A stretch of DNA of 64,000 nucleotides from Vicugna vicugna. Its lineage: Eukaryota. Below the pieces are notes generated by a model. That model saw only the letters and a program-made list of their open reading frames with translations. It did not search any database and was not told the origin of the DNA. A program made the translations under genes and the position numbers. Positions 13,871-28,245 of this stretch are shown piece by piece (the first letter of the stretch is position 1; each line of letters opens with the position of its first letter). The stretch lies in contig MU057822.1 in assembly GCA_013265495.1 (NCBI GenBank), positions 237,852 to 301,851 of the forward strand. Reading direction: 5' to 3'.

Positions 13871-15792
13871 TAGCTCATCTAGATAACATGAGAGAGGGTG
13901 GAATAATAAGTTGATGGGCAGAGATTCAGGGAAGAGGGTGGATCTGTGTACAGTGTGGAAAATTTTAGTGCTAAGAGGATCTTTGTGAGTATTAAATAGG
14001 TTGCAAAGGGATGGTTATAGAATATAGCACCTAATAAGTGTTCACTGTTGTCATTATCACTTGTAGAGGTAAATGTAAACAATTTAGTATGTGAAATTGT
14101 TAGTGTTTTAGTATTTGCTTATAAAGTCACAATGTTATTTATATGACCAGTTTCCTTAAATCACTAGTATGTGTAATACTCTGGAAGTACTGGCTTTTCA
14201 CTTGAGCCAGATGGATCAGTCTGTAATTTCTGGTTATGCCATCATTTCTTTGCAAAGATGCTGGCCACTAGAGAGGTGCTACTCACACAGACTATCAGCT
14301 TAAAGCACATCCCAGAAACACAAGATTTTCATATTTCTAATCAGAAACATTGTAATTTTGTTATGGTTTTGAAGGTGGTCCATTTTCTTAATATGTGAGT
14401 AAAAGTCCCTTAAGCAAAATTGTAACATTGTCTGATAGAAAATAGACTTCTTTTTATACTTTGGTTAGAAGTAGCAGAGAAATCCTATATATTTACATAA
14501 ATTGTGATTGCAGTTTTAGGACCAGTTGTAAAGCTGGAGCGGTTAATGTAGGAATATTAGAGGGAGAGTTGGAACCTGGAGATGCTTGGGAAATCTACTT
14601 AGGCTCTTAACCTGGCCTTAGGTATATTCGTACTTTGAAAATGAGATGGAGATTATTTGAAATCTGTAAGTACATCAGTGTCATTTTAGGGTGATATGGG
14701 GGATAAAAGGTGAAAAAGAGAGATATGTAGAAGTCTAATCAGAGAGCCCAGAGCTTCTGTTAGAGGCACGGTTTCTCTGATGGAGAATCAGATCTTGGCA
14801 GTACAGAATCCTAGGTTCTGACTGGGTTGTTGTATAAGAAGTAATAAGACTAAGGTATATGGATTTGATAAGACAAGACCTAGGATGTAAAAACCTTTAG
14901 TAGGCTTTTAAATGATCTGGAAAATTTGGAAACTAGAGAGGAAGGTTAAAAGAGGAGTTGATTCGAGTCAAGGGCTGGTAATTGAAAAGAGTTTAAAATT
15001 TGCCGTTTGAAATACCTTTGGACCTACATTATTTATATATCTATAAAATATAAAATTATAAAAATAAAGTTAGATGTAAGAATTATATAAAATTATGCTT
15101 TTAAGCACTCATCATTTGATAACTGAATGTTCAACATTGGAAAACACTATTTTGAGATACAAAATACATGTTTAGATATGGACCTTGTAGTCTGCAAAAG
15201 CATATCAATCTAAAGGAAGTAATATACCGTAATAAAAATTAAAGTTACGGTGCTGTAGGTTTCTGTAAGAGGAGGAGACGATCTTCAGTGAAAAGGCTGT
15301 CATGGAGGAAGTAGCACTGAAGGATGGTCCTTGAAAATGGAAGCAGAAATGTTGATGAGGATATTTCAGGTAGCAGCACGCACTATGAGGCAGGAAAGAA
15401 TAGTGGTACAAATAGTTCAGGTTAAATCAAATACAAATAAATGTGTCCGAGCGGGATTTTTTTTATTCTTACTTTCCTTTCGTTTTATCCCCCAGTGAGA
15501 ATCCTTTGGAAGTTTTTGGGTGAGGTGCATAGGAAATGGGAAAGGGTGAGAAGGTGAAGCAGAAATAAACTATGATAACCAACCATATAAAAAATTTTTT
15601 TTTTAACTATAGAAGAGAATATGCTTGAAAAGCATAGGAATATGGAAATGAAGAGGGAAAAGCTGTAAGCAGAGAGAAATACTGTGAACAATTTGCTGTT
15701 CTTAGTTTTTAAAACTAAAATTAATTCTGTTAAAAATTGTAACAAGACAGGAAGTCAAGTTTTCTTGAAGTAAAATTTCTTAAAAGAAATTT

Positions 15793-15916
15793 TTTTTGTT
15801 TTGTTGTTTTGGGGGAGGTAATTAGGTATTTATTTATTTTGATGGAAGTACTGGGGATTGAACCCAGGACCTTGTGCATGCTAGGTGTGTGCTTTACCAC
15901 TCAGCTATACCCTCCC
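15793..15916 (-). mobile_element. tRNA-Ala-derived SINE (Vic-1-like) with TSD
   Basis: TSD tcttaaaa(g/t)aaattt at 15778-15792 and 15917-15931. Confidence 0.9.
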
Positions 15917-16041
15917 TCTTAAAATAAATTTCTTAAAAATAAATGAGCACAAGGACCCAGTAGAGAAAAAGACAGGGTCATGGACAGTCTACTTGTGGAA
16001 AATTACAGATGGCTTTGAAAAATATTGAGGATGCTAGACTT

Positions 16042-16673
16042 GACTCATAGAAGCATAAAGTAAAGCTACTCTTTATCACCCAAACACAAGCCAGACCATC
16101 ACTATAAGTAGTGAATGAATCTATCAATCCTCACTTCCTACCCACGTACTTAGTTTTCAGCCCGTACCCCACACCTTTCATTTCAGTCCTCCACTCTTAA
16201 ATATGGACAGTCACGTTTTATCAGATAAGTAAAATAATGCTTCCTCATATGAAAGAAGTCATTAGAGATAGAATACAACTAGGAGGAAATATATCTCAGA
16301 CAAGAAGAAAGCATTTAAAAAAAAGTTAATGAAGATTAAGTTTATAAACAGAGACTCATAGAAGCATAAAGTAAAGCTACATTGAGATACTCTTTATCAC
16401 CCAAACACAAGCCAGACCATCACTATAAGTAGTGAATGAATCTATCAATCCTCACTTCCTACCCACGTACTTAGTTTTCAGCCCGTACCCCACACCTTTC
16501 ATTTCAGTCCTCCACTCTTAAATATGGACAGTCACGTTTTATCAGATAAGTAAAATAATGCTTCCTCATATGAAAGAAGTCATTAGAGATAGAATACAAC
16601 TAGGAGGAAATATATCTCAGACAAGAAGAAAGCATTTAAAAAAAAGTTAATGAAGATTAAGTTTATAAACAGA
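16042..16673. repeat. Head-to-tail tandem duplication (311 bp + 321 bp)
   Basis: Copy 1 (16042-16352) and copy 2 (16353-16673) read identical by eye except for a 10-nt insertion, attgagatac, at 16381-16390. Confidence 0.95.
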
Positions 16674-19347
16674 AACAGAATTCTGTAAAGAAGGAAAAGA
16701 GGTCTTAGAAGATAAAATTGGAGAAATAATTCCAGCAAGTACAACAAATAGTAAATTGTAAAAGAGGAGCAGATATTTTTAAGAGGAGCTAATACTGTGA
16801 AAGTATTTGTGAGTACTATGTGTGAATGTAATGGATTAGAAATTTTTACAAACTTTCGAAGTGTGATGCATTATGAGAAATTAAGTGATCGTTTTCTCAG
16901 CGATGTCAGTTTTTTCAGTTTGTCTGTAGAAATTCCCAAAAGTGGAATTTAAATAAAGGTAAAAAAATAAAGTTTAATAATGCCAAATTGCTTTCTGTAA
17001 AAATTAAAATCTCAGTTGACATTTCCATCTACTGCTTGTTGGCTCATATCTCTGAATTCTGGTTAAAATTGAAATTACTTTCCGATCTTAAGATATAAGT
17101 GATATATTTGCAATTTTAAAAATAGGCTAAACAGTTGTTCATGTATTTATTGGATATTTGTATTTACACCATTGTGGACCTGTTGGATCCAGTCTCTCAT
17201 TGATTTGTCAGTGCCCTTTACTCATTTAGGGATCAACTCTGTCATGTGTGCAAATGTTTGCCCCTGAGTTTGTCTTATGGATTCCTCTTCTTCTCCCTCT
17301 TAAATCTTTCAGAAATTAAAATTTTTTGTGTTGTATTTAAAGTTTTTATTTGTGGCTTCTAGGTTCTTTATCTGATTTAAGACTTTATCTAAATCAGGAT
17401 TTTAAAAAATGTTCCTCACCCCATCCTCCCATATATTCTTTCTGTACTTCTATGGTTTTGTTTTCTACATTAAATTTTTTCATCCATTTTGACTTTTTTA
17501 TTGTAAGGAATTAGGTGGAGATTGATTTTGTTTTCTCTAATGAATCAGTTGTCCTAATACCATTTTTGGCTAATCCATTTTCCTTCCTCTTGATTTGAAA
17601 TGCTGTTAGATTGATTATATACCAAATTTCCGTATGTATTTTGGTTCATTTCTGGACACTCTTCTGTTCTCTAGATCTCCAGGGTCCAGATTATACCAAG
17701 TTATTGTAATTTTAGAAGTTTTTAATTTATATGTCATCTTATTTTTTATCAATTATAAGCAAATAGAATTTTGAAAAATTAATTGTTAAAGGGCTTGTAA
17801 CAAACAGCTGCCTTTGTCTCATCTCACTTGACAAGTTCAGTACCAGTTCTGAAGTTTTGATTAAAACAAAGTCAACTGTTTTTCTGTCTGGAAGCTATTA
17901 GAATTTGACGTTCTGAAATTTTATTGTGCTCTTTGTGTGAGCATTTCCATTAATGCTTTGAGCATTTTGAAGACCCTATTATACATTTTGTCTGGCAGTT
18001 CTAGGAAAACTGTATGTATGTATGTATGTATCCATCTCTCTGTTTTGCATGTTATCTCTTTCTGGAACCTAACAGAATGGGATGTTTCAATGAGGGAAGC
18101 TTAAGGTGAGAAGTAGGAAGAGAAGGGAGATGGGATCAGACAGCTATAGGGAGAAGATGTCTAAGTGAGGTGAAGAGCCAGGAAGGATTTTCAACAGAGA
18201 TGTGATCTGACTCTAAAGAGTCAGAAAGGCTGCAGCTGTCAGCCTTTCTGAGTAAGAGAGGGGATTATTCAAAGATGTAGTTAGAATAGTTTTAGTAGCT
18301 AGAAAAATTTGTCCCTAAATACTTACAATTCAAGTGGTATAGTAGCTGTATTTTTTTAGATCAAACTTAAAATATTTTTCTTTGTGTTTTAAGTAAATTT
18401 TTAATGCAGTGTTTTATTTTTGAATAGCTTATTTTAATTTTATTGGTTAATTGATATTGGATTGTATGTTTAATACTTATTTTAATAGTTTCCATTGTCT
18501 TGGTGTTTCACAATTAACACATTTTTGCATTGGGATGAATTTTTTTAAACAAATTTTACTGGTTAAAAATTCTGAGCACTTCAATTAAAATGCAAGTATT
18601 AATGCTGGTGTTTTAGTATTAAGTAAATAACTACTGACACCTGTTTGCTCTAGGATTGTATGCACTACAGTCATCTTGTCAAGTTTCACTTAATCACTAT
18701 CCTTCATCCTACCACTCAAACCCTGCAGTTTTGATTGAGTGTATTGCATTGAATTTATCGATTGATAGAGTGATTTGACACCTTTATAATATTATCTTTC
18801 CAAGAGTAAAATCTGGCTTATTTCATACTTTTTTTTGGCTTCCTTTTTATCATCTTATTCCTTCTTTTTTAGTCCTAATTTGATACAGTAATAATTATTA
18901 TTATTTTTTAGTCCAGCTAATGGTTTATCTGTTAGGGTTTTTTTCTTCCCTTCAAAATGCAGCTTCTAGGTTTTATAATTAAATCTACTAGCTTTGTTTT
19001 TCTAATTGAGTAACGTATGAATTTCTTAAATTCCTTTTTTCTGATTTTTAAAAAGTTAATTTCCTAACCTTAAATGCTTAATATTTTTAATTCTTGATCA
19101 GTTGATAGCATTTAGGCTGTGGGTCTTCCTCTGAATATATGAATATTTATGTATCAAAGGCTTTTTTTATATATGGGTAGTTTTTATAATTGTTATTTAC
19201 TAGATAAATTAATTTTTTTTGTATTAATTTTGATTTCCATCTTTGAATGGAGTAGTTTAGGGAGAGAGAGAGTACATAAATGGTCAAGTCTCTTCCACTA
19301 AGGAGAGTAGCTTGCTTCATTTTCAGATTGTTGTCTCTGTTATTTCT

Positions 19348-19489
19348 TTAAATTTTTTAATTTATATTTTTTGAAGGAGGCAGTAACTAGGTTTATTCAT
19401 TTATTTTTAGAGGAGGTACTGGGGATTGAACCCAGAACCTTGGGCATGCTAAGCATGCACTCTACCACCTGAGCTATACCCTCTCATGA
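19348..19489 (-). mobile_element. tRNA-Ala-derived SINE (Vic-1-like) with TSD
   Basis: Perfect 14 bp TSD tctctgttatttct at 19334-19347 and 19490-19503. Confidence 0.9.
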
Positions 19490-22009
19490 TCTCTGTTATT
19501 TCTACTTTTTAAAATTTTGAGGTATGATGGCCTAAATAGATGATCAGCTTTTATAACTGTTCCATAGGGATTTGATCTCATCCCATAATATGTTCAGCCA
19601 TTTTATCACTTAATCTGTTTGATCTTTATGGACTTGAAATGGTAATTGCCTTCTACTTTTATTTCTGCCCAGTTTTCTTGTATTTCTTTTAAGTTTGGAC
19701 TCCAAATATATGTATATATATTTTGAAGGTTTTGTTTTATATAGTTTTATATGCATCATATATTCTTTATAGATTATAATCTTGAGCATTCTAAAAAGTG
19801 ATCCTTTTTGGCCACCTTTAATGTTTTTCTACTTTGAATTCAACTTCCCTGATATACTTATGTCTCACCTTTTACTGTTAACCTCTCAAAGAGCTTGTTT
19901 TAGGTTTGTATAATGTAGACCCCATATAGTTGGATAAAGTAAGGTTAGTCTTTTTGGACCCAATCTGAGATGCTTTTAATCATTTGTATTAATGTTGTAT
20001 GTTTGGTTTTGCTTCTGTAATACTGTTCTTTTCATTGCCTATCTTTTTGTTTGGGTTTCTTTTTTATTCCTTAAACTACATGGTTCATTGTCTTTATTTT
20101 CTCTCCCTTCTCTCATTTTGGAAGTTATGGACTATATTTCATTATGTCTAAGGTACCATTGATTTTAAGATGCCTTGTTATTTTGACAACCACTAACATG
20201 GTTAACCTCTGTCAAAGAAACTTGACATACCATTGATTGTAATATGCATGCTGATTTTAGATATACTAAAACATAAAAAAAGTGCATCTTAGAATATGGT
20301 AGTATATAGTTCTGTAGCTGTTGTTATAAAGCTGTAGCTTTAATATATTTTTGTTTATCAAATAGATTTTTCTGTTTGAGGAGTGGTTGTTCAAATGCTT
20401 TATTCTCAGGGTTCTTGTATGTTTCAGAATGTCAATGGCTTTCACAAATGAAGTCATATTTGGACGTTACAGAATTTTTGAGCTATGTTACTGGCCCCTT
20501 AATATCCAGTAGACATTATTCCATTATTTTCTGGCATCTGGGGTTTCTCTAGAGAAGTCTAGGGCCAGCCTGACTTTTTTTTTCCCTTTGTAGGTGACCT
20601 ACTTCTGCCTGGGTATTGGTAGAATTCTTTCTTTATCCTTGAAGTTTAGTAACTTCATCGGGATATATCTCGCTCTTGGTGTGATTCTCTGTTACATTTT
20701 CCTGTTACATGGTAAGCCATTCAATCTGCGATTCAGGAATATTTTCTTATATATCTTGTAATATGCTTTCATTTTTATTTTTCTTTCCTTAAGGGACATC
20801 AGTTTTATTATTGTTCATGTTCATTTCCTGTTTTCCGTTATATTATTTTTCTAAATACTTCCTTTGTTCTCTTCTGCAGTGTTCTAGGTTTTCTTGAGAT
20901 TATCTTTCATTTCATAAATTTGTTTTCATCAATAATCAGGTCTACTGCATCCTTTATACGATAAGAGTTTTCATTGTGCCAGTGCCTTTAGTAATTCACT
21001 CAGTTTATGTCTGTGAGCCACCCATCCAACTTGTCTCATTTATTTCCGTCTTTAAAAAAGTCTTTACTTCTTGTGGTAAAAACAGGTAAAAGCACATTGG
21101 TTTTGAGAAGATGAGTAGAAATATCAAAATTTATTCTCTAAGAACCTAAAACAAGTGATTAGTGAAATTGTTTTATCAAGTCATGCTGTTAAATGTGCTT
21201 TATTAATGGCATGAAATATGGAAAAACTGTTACTCACTTGCAGGCCTAAAGACATTTCTTTTTACAGTTGGATAAGCTGCTTTTGTATACACTAGAAATC
21301 TGTTCTGCCATGTGTGCTTTTGTGTGTATGAGGGAGAAGTGTTTGAGGATTTTTCTGATTAATCACTGAAAATCTGTTGACGATTTTTGTTTTTATCCTG
21401 TGAGTTGTAATGTAGACTAGAAAAAAAATTCATTGAAGTCATGATCGAGGCTCTTGTCATCCCTGTGTAACACAGTAAACGACCTGCTGTGTGAAATTCT
21501 AGGGAATGCTAATTTGCACTTTGTTTTATTCTGAGGAAATGAAAGTGATCAACAGTATGCCCTTGGGTCTACATTTGGGGTTAAAGGAAATAGTGAAAAT
21601 TGTCAGTGTGTGCACTTGGTGGTAACTGAGCATGAGACTTTCACTGTGACTTATTAAAAAAGGTACAAGACTTCTGCATGTTAAATTATCTTAGCCGTCT
21701 AGGGGATGGTTCTCCCTTGGGTTTTTTGGGGTTTTTTTTAAGGTTGCTGAGAAACCAGCATTTTTAATGTTACTGTTGATGTTAACAAACGTTATTTTAA
21801 TTATTTCAGTAGACTAGCACATTCAGAATGGCCCAGTATGTGAGCAGCATACTCAGTATTGTGAATAACTTGAATTTACTACTCCAGAGTCCAAGTCATA
21901 GCTTATCCTTACAATTAAAATTAACAGAATTTCTTAAAGGTTCCAAACTTTTGCACTTGATTGCCAATAATGTAGCATCTTCCTAAGATGAATATATGTT
22001 TTGCCTAAT

Positions 22010-22560
22010 ATGTTAATTCCACAGATACTTAATAGAGGGCCTGTTATATGCCAGGGACTGTAGCAGGTGTTGGGCCACATCAGTAAACAAACAAAAATCC
22101 ATGCGTTCTATTGGGGGTGGGAGAGATAAACAAAATCATAGAAAAGTTGTATGCTGTGAGGGAAGTAAAACAGAATAAAATTGGGAGTATGTAAGAGTAA
22201 AGAGTAAAGGATAAGGGGATAAAATAAGGAGTACAGTGTAAGAGAGTGGGGGTTATAAGTTAAAATAGGATGACGTTTGAATAATTGAGTTAGATGAGGA
22301 AAGGGGTCATGCAGAGGGTACAGCAAACATAGAGGCCCTGACGTAGGGACAGACTTGAATGTTGGAGGGAGATGAGGGTGAGCAGTTAGCTGCAGCCATG
22401 TGAAAGAGGTAGTAAGTAAAAGGTTGAAGAGATGCTGGTTAATTCTGAAGGACCTTTTAGGCCATTATGCAGGCCATTCTTTACTCTGAGGGAGAACTCA
22501 AAGCCATTGGAATAGTGACATGATCTGAATTCACAGTTTGACAGGATCATTCTGAGAACA
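22010..22560 (-). mobile_element. L2 remnant; approximate
   Basis: gagggcctgttatatgccagggactgt...; gagggagaactcaaagccattgga...gtgacatgatctga...aggatcattctg. Confidence 0.55.
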
Positions 22561-23283
22561 GACAAAATGAGGAAGAGATTTTATATAGTACCCCAGCATA
22601 TACATTTAAGTAAACATTTATAACTGAAGTGAAAGCTTCACCAAAAATATCTCTATTTTATTTTTCCTTTGTATTAGGAAAAGGAAATGCTATCTATGTC
22701 CCACTAGATCTATTTCATGACTGCACAACTTGTAATTGAAAAATACTGCTAAGTGAGATTCAGCTTCTGCCTTGGTGGGAAGGAAGTAGGATGTAGGGTG
22801 CTGTGCATTAAAGGAGAATGAATAAAGTGTAAAATGGAAAACAATTAAAACTTAAAGTCAATATTATATACACTCTTAGCTTAAAAAAAAATCAAGTAAT
22901 CAAATACTGGTGATACAAGAGGCCTAGTAATGAAGAGCCCCACTCCCCAGAAGCAGCTGCTTCAGATACCCTGGGGCTTAACTCCATGTTCTAAATAATA
23001 TGCTTATAGTGTTTATTTTTTGGTTTATCAACTTTAGACATTCTCTGTTGACTTCTTGCTATGACAGATGTTTTCAGTCCCACTTCTCACTACTGACCTT
23101 CCTCGTACGACGGTCACTGAACTGGCGCCTCTCTGGGGTTCTGCCCAGAAGATTAGCCTTCCTCCTTCGCTGCACCCCCTCTGTGAGTATCTGTTCTTCT
23201 CCCTCCGCTGTGCTTAATCAGTTCACATTCTTTCATCCGGTTTTCATCTTTTCAGACCGTGGGTAACCTACCTAGTCTTTTTT

Positions 23284-23420
23284 TTTTTTTTTTTTTTTGG
23301 TAGGGGGAGATAATTAGATTTGTTTATTTGTTTATTTTCAGAGGACATACTGGTGATTGAACCCAGGACCTTGCACATGCTAGGCAAGTGCTCTCCTACT
23401 TGAGCTATATCCTCCTCCCT
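23284..23420 (-). mobile_element. tRNA-Ala-derived SINE (Vic-1-like) with TSD and long poly(T)
   Basis: TSD ctacctagtctttttt at 23268-23283 and 23421-23436, with an uninterrupted T run (the poly-A tail on the minus strand). Confidence 0.9.
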
Positions 23421-23964
23421 CTACCTAGTCTTTTTTAAAAAGCGTTTTTAATTAAAAGTTTATTTTAAAATTTATTTAGAAAAGTTTAAGTTATTAGGAA
23501 GGAGAAGAGATAAACACATGTCCTCATACTGGCACCTTGAACTGGAAGATAGATGTTTAGGCCAAATTTTTTGTGTTTCGTTTTTTAAAATATCTGTGTT
23601 GTGTGTGTGTTTTTAAGAGTTAGATATATTTATAGTATTTTATCTTCTAAAAACAAATTGTAGCTATTTCCCCATGTCATTAAGCTTCCAAAGTATTTAA
23701 AATAGATTAGTAGCATTCTTTCATATGCTAATAGCACATAATTCCCCCAAATTTGACTTTTAGGTTTTTATATTATAAGTTGATTTAAAATTAATTTTTA
23801 ATTTTATTTTAAAATTAATTTGAAAAGTAAAATTATTTAAATTATAGATAATGCTTCTGTGGATTTTCCTTATGAAACATATTACACATACTCTTTTATT
23901 ATTTCTCATAGGATAAATATCTAGGAGTGGTCACTGCTGAATCAAAGAAGATAAACATTTTTTG

Positions 23965-24262
23965 AGGTTTTTTTCCCTCTCAGTTTTATTGAGATAACAC
24001 ACAGCACTGTAAGTTTAAGGTGTACAGCATAATGACTTGATTTACATGTATTGTGGAATGATTACTACAATAAAAATAGTTAACATTATATAGTTATTCC
24101 AAAAAGAGAAAAAAAAATTTTTTTTCCTTGTGGTGAGAACTTAAAGATCTATTCTCTTAGCAGCTTTCAGGTATGCCACACAGCAGTGTTAGCTACAGTC
24201 CTGCTGCTGTTCATTACATGCCCAGTACTTCTATATCTTATAACTGAAAGTTGTACCTTTTT
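23965..24262 (-). mobile_element. L1 3'UTR end (L1MA-like or laurasiatherian); approximate
   Basis: ttttattgagata...gtttaaggtgtacagcataatg...gtggtgagaacttaaagatctattctcttagc...ttataactgaaagttgtacctttt. Confidence 0.7.
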
Positions 24263-24450
24263 TGAGTTTCTTAATATCACCAAGTACCTTCTAGGAAGAT
24301 TATAGCCCCACTATCATTGTATTAAAATTGTATTTTTTACTATATTCTTAATACATATCAGGGACTTCTAAAAATGTTTGACTCTGCTAGATAAAAAAAA
24401 TGTTACTTAAAAACTTCCCAAGAAAGCTGAACACTTCTTGACAGTTTTGA

Positions 24451-24452
<2 letters not shown>

Positions 24453-24483
<31 letters not shown>
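24453..24483. repeat. (GT)15 microsatellite
   Basis: Perfect dinucleotide run. Confidence 0.95.
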
Positions 24484-24484
<1 letters not shown>

Positions 24485-24687
24485 TCTTAAAGGTTTGTAA
24501 GAGCAGTTGTTTGTCTTTTAATTTTTTGTAGTGATTTTGACATGGAAAATTTTCTTTAGTTGTCCAGTTAATTAGGCTTTCCTGTGTTTTCTTCCTTTCC
24601 TTTAACATTTAGAATATTACTCCTAAGATCAGATAAGACTATGGAAAATTTGAAGATAGCTTTGAAATGGATGGTGAGGAGAGAAAC

Positions 24688-24848
24688 TTTTGGGGGGGAG
24701 GGTAATCAGTTTTATTTTTTAATTATTATTATTTTTTTTGGCGGGGGGAGGTAATTAGATTTGCTTATTTTCAGAGGAAGTACTGGGGATTGAACCCAGG
24801 GCCTCGTGCGTGCTAACTAAGCATGTACTCTGCCACTGAGCTATACCC
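24688..24848 (-). mobile_element. tRNA-Ala-derived SINE (Vic-1-like), variant with a 4-nt anticodon-loop duplication and doubled tail
   Basis: Head contains gtgcgtgctaactaagca. The ggggag(g)gtaat tail motif occurs twice. Confidence 0.85.
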
Positions 24849-26849
24849 TTTTACTGAGTTGACCTTAGGCTTGTATTGAGAAAAATCTATTATGATAATT
24901 TAGATTTTGGATTGTTGCTACTTCTAAATATGATCAATTACCTTGTGCTTTAGAAGTGTTAAATTGTTAGACATTTCCATGACAGTATAATGTATAAAGG
25001 TTTTCAGGTATATGAGGTGTTACTAGTACTGGTAACTCCGTGCCAGGGTAATCTGGCTAAACTAGTCTTTCCACCCACAGGGCATGCATGATACTCAAGC
25101 TTTCTTTTAGTGAGTCATGAATGTCACCAGGGAATTTGTCACTATTTGGCATAATTCCATTAAGAACTGTTGATAATTTAGTCCCTTTTGGGGAAAAATT
25201 AACTTAATTTTAGAGTAAGAGAACTTTACTGACATTTTAAGCTACTTATAAGTAGCAACATATTATAAAAATATTTTTTAAAAATCTTACAAAAAACCTA
25301 AATGGCAATGGACCAGGCTTATAGTAAAAGTTATATTGGGAAGAGAGAGATTGGTTTATGAATTGGCTGTAAGAGATAGATCAATATTATTTTGACAGGA
25401 TCTGTTTTCTGGGGTTGTTGAAATCCTTAACCATTATAAAAATTTTCAATATATTAAAATTTTGCACTATAGAAATAAATTCCTGTTTATGGGCAGTTGA
25501 TAAATTGCAGAGAGAGAAAAGAAATCTGTCTCATTTCACCTAAACACAGTTATTCATGGTTTTAGTGTATTTTTTCTCCTCTAACCTTTTAAATATGCAC
25601 TTGTTTATATATTTTATAATCACATATGTGCTACTCTACTGAGTAATATAAACAGCTTTCATTTTGCTACACTGCTGTCATTATTGTCATTTTTAATGTG
25701 GCACAAGAGCCCACCAAGTGGGAGTCACATGGTTTTTCATTTAGACTCCTTTTTTTAAAAAAAGTTTAGTTAAATTCCAATTTTTTGTGTAGGTGCTTAG
25801 GTTTCCCTTATACACTTGAGTAAATATATAAATGGTTTCAGAGTTGTCTCATGGATTCTTTACCTCAAGGAGATAAGTGGTTGTGTAGCAGGAGGAAGGG
25901 TAGGCACTGATGCAAAGGAATGAAACTGGAATCAAGGAAACAAGTGTGACAGCATCCTTTTGTTTCACATCCTTCCCCCCCCTCTCTAGTAGTCTGGGTA
26001 CAAGGCAGTGAATTCAGACCAGAATCTTAAGTTTTACTATATCCCTTGTTAGCTAAAATATTTGTTAATTTATTTGGCATTTATTATGCCCATTAGAGCT
26101 TTTTGGTATGCATAAGGAACTGAGTGCTTTTGCAAAAAACCATGTCAGTATTTTTAGCATGTTAGTACTGAAGAACAAAATTGCAGCTTGTGCACTTACT
26201 TAATGTTAATTTGTGAAAAGTATTTGTAGCTTTTTTGATTTTTGATTTTAAATCAAGACTAGTTCATCATCATGTTCTGGTTCTCAGCTGGAGAACAGGA
26301 CTAGCCATTATTTTTTTCATTCAGGCTTTAAGTTCCTACCCCATAAGAATGATGACTTGCAGCTTGGTGGGATTTGATATCCCTCACAAACCTAGAAAGT
26401 CTGTTTAGTGATCCATTTGGAGTTTTTCTTAATATTTATGTTGTCAACAATGAGAATGAGGGTTTTGACTTATTTGAATCTCACACAGACCAAAATGGGC
26501 CTTTCATCTAGGAGAAGCTCCACAGAAAACAAGGCCTTGAGAATGAGTTCCCACATAGGAAGAGAAGGGCAGATTTGTTTCAAAGGGCACTAATATTAAG
26601 AAAATGATAGCAAATGTCTCATCATGTGTTTGACTGGAGTGGCTCCTGAGTACTACCTTGAGAAATTTTGAGTTCTGTGATTGGTTATTAATGGTGCCTT
26701 CCTTAGATATGGGCCACAGCAGAGCTTTGAGAGTGATTAAGAGCAATGATGTCCTCAATCTATACTTCAGGATCCGTAAAACAAGAGGTACGAAGACGTT
26801 TGGCTTCCATTTGAAGTGCTCCACATTTATCTAATTTGTATATTGGACT

Positions 26850-28245
26850 TTTTTCTATTGTGATAAAACACACATAAAATTGATCACTTTAACCATTTTT
26901 AAGTATATAGTTCATTGGCATTAAGTACATTCATATTGTTTTGCAACCATCACCACTATCTATTTCTGAAACTTTTTCATCATCTCAAGCTGAAAAACTG
27001 AACCCACTAAGTAATTTAACCCATTTCTACCTTCCTCCAGCCCCTAGTAACCACCATTCTACTTTCTGTATCTGAATTTGACTACTCTAGATCTTCCTGT
27101 AAGAATCACAATAGTTGTCCCTTTGTGTCTGGCTTCTTTCATTACCATAATACTGTTTTAAAATTTCATCCATATGATAGCATGTATCGGGATTTCTTTT
27201 TTTTTTTAAAGCCAAGTAATAGTCCATTGTATGTATATACTACATGTTTACCCATTCATCTGCCAGGAAATAGTTGGGTTGTTTTCCCATTGTTTGGCTG
27301 TTGCATATAATGCTGCTGTGATGTGGGGGTGCAAGTATCTGTTTGAGTGTCTGCTTTTAAATTCTTTTGGGTATATACCCATAAGTGGAGTTACTGGGTT
27401 ACGTGGTAATTCCATTTTAAATTTTTTGAGAAACTGCTATACTATCTTCTATAGCGACTGCACATTTAACATTCTCACCAGCCGTGCACAGGGCTTGTTA
27501 TTTTGTTTTGATTTTTAAAAATGTAAGAGTCAACCTAATGAAGTGAAGTTTATGAAGTGATACCTTGTAGTTTTGATTTGCCTTTTCCTAATGAATAGTG
27601 ATACTGAGCATTTTCATGTTCTTATTGGCCATCTGTATATCTTCTTTAGAAAATTCATTCAAATCCTTGCCTACTATTTTGTTGTTGTTATATGAGTTTT
27701 GTATATTCTGAATGTTAATCCAATATCAGATATGTGATTTGCAGATTTCTCCCATTCTGTGGATTGCTTTTGATGCTCAAGTTTTTAATTTTGAGGAAGT
27801 TGAATTTATATTATGTTGCCTATGCATTTGGTATCATATACAAGTAATTGTTGGCAAGTCTAATATGAAGATTTCCCCCTATGTTTTTTTCTAAGAATTT
27901 TAGAATTTTAGCTCTTAATGTTTAGGTCTTTGATTTCATTTTTAGTTAATTTTTGCATCTGATGTATGGGAAGAGTCCAACTTTATTCTTTTGCATATGG
28001 TTATCCAGTTTTCCCAGCACCATTTGTTGAATAGACTGTCCTTTCCCCATTGAATAATCTTGACATCCTTGGGGAAAATTGATGATGTATGCAAGGGTGT
28101 ATTTCTGGGCTTTTATTCTATTCTGTTGGTCTTTGTGTGTTTTTATGTCAGTACTTCACTGTTTTGATAATCGTAGCTTTGTAGTTAAGTTTGGAAATCA
28201 GAAAATGTGAGTCCTCCAACTTTGTTCTTTTTTGAGATTGTATGA
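26850..28245 (-). mobile_element. L1MB-like 3'UTR plus ORF2 end; approximate
   Basis: ttaaccatttttaagtatatagttcattggcattaagtacattcata...; tccagttttcccagcaccatttgttgaatagactgtcctttcccc; gtgagtcctccaactttgttc. Confidence 0.8.

Noticed and set aside
14262..14280. TGGCCACTAGAGAGGTGCT as a CTCF site
   Set aside because: The 5' half matches, but the conserved GGC part is out of register by one base.
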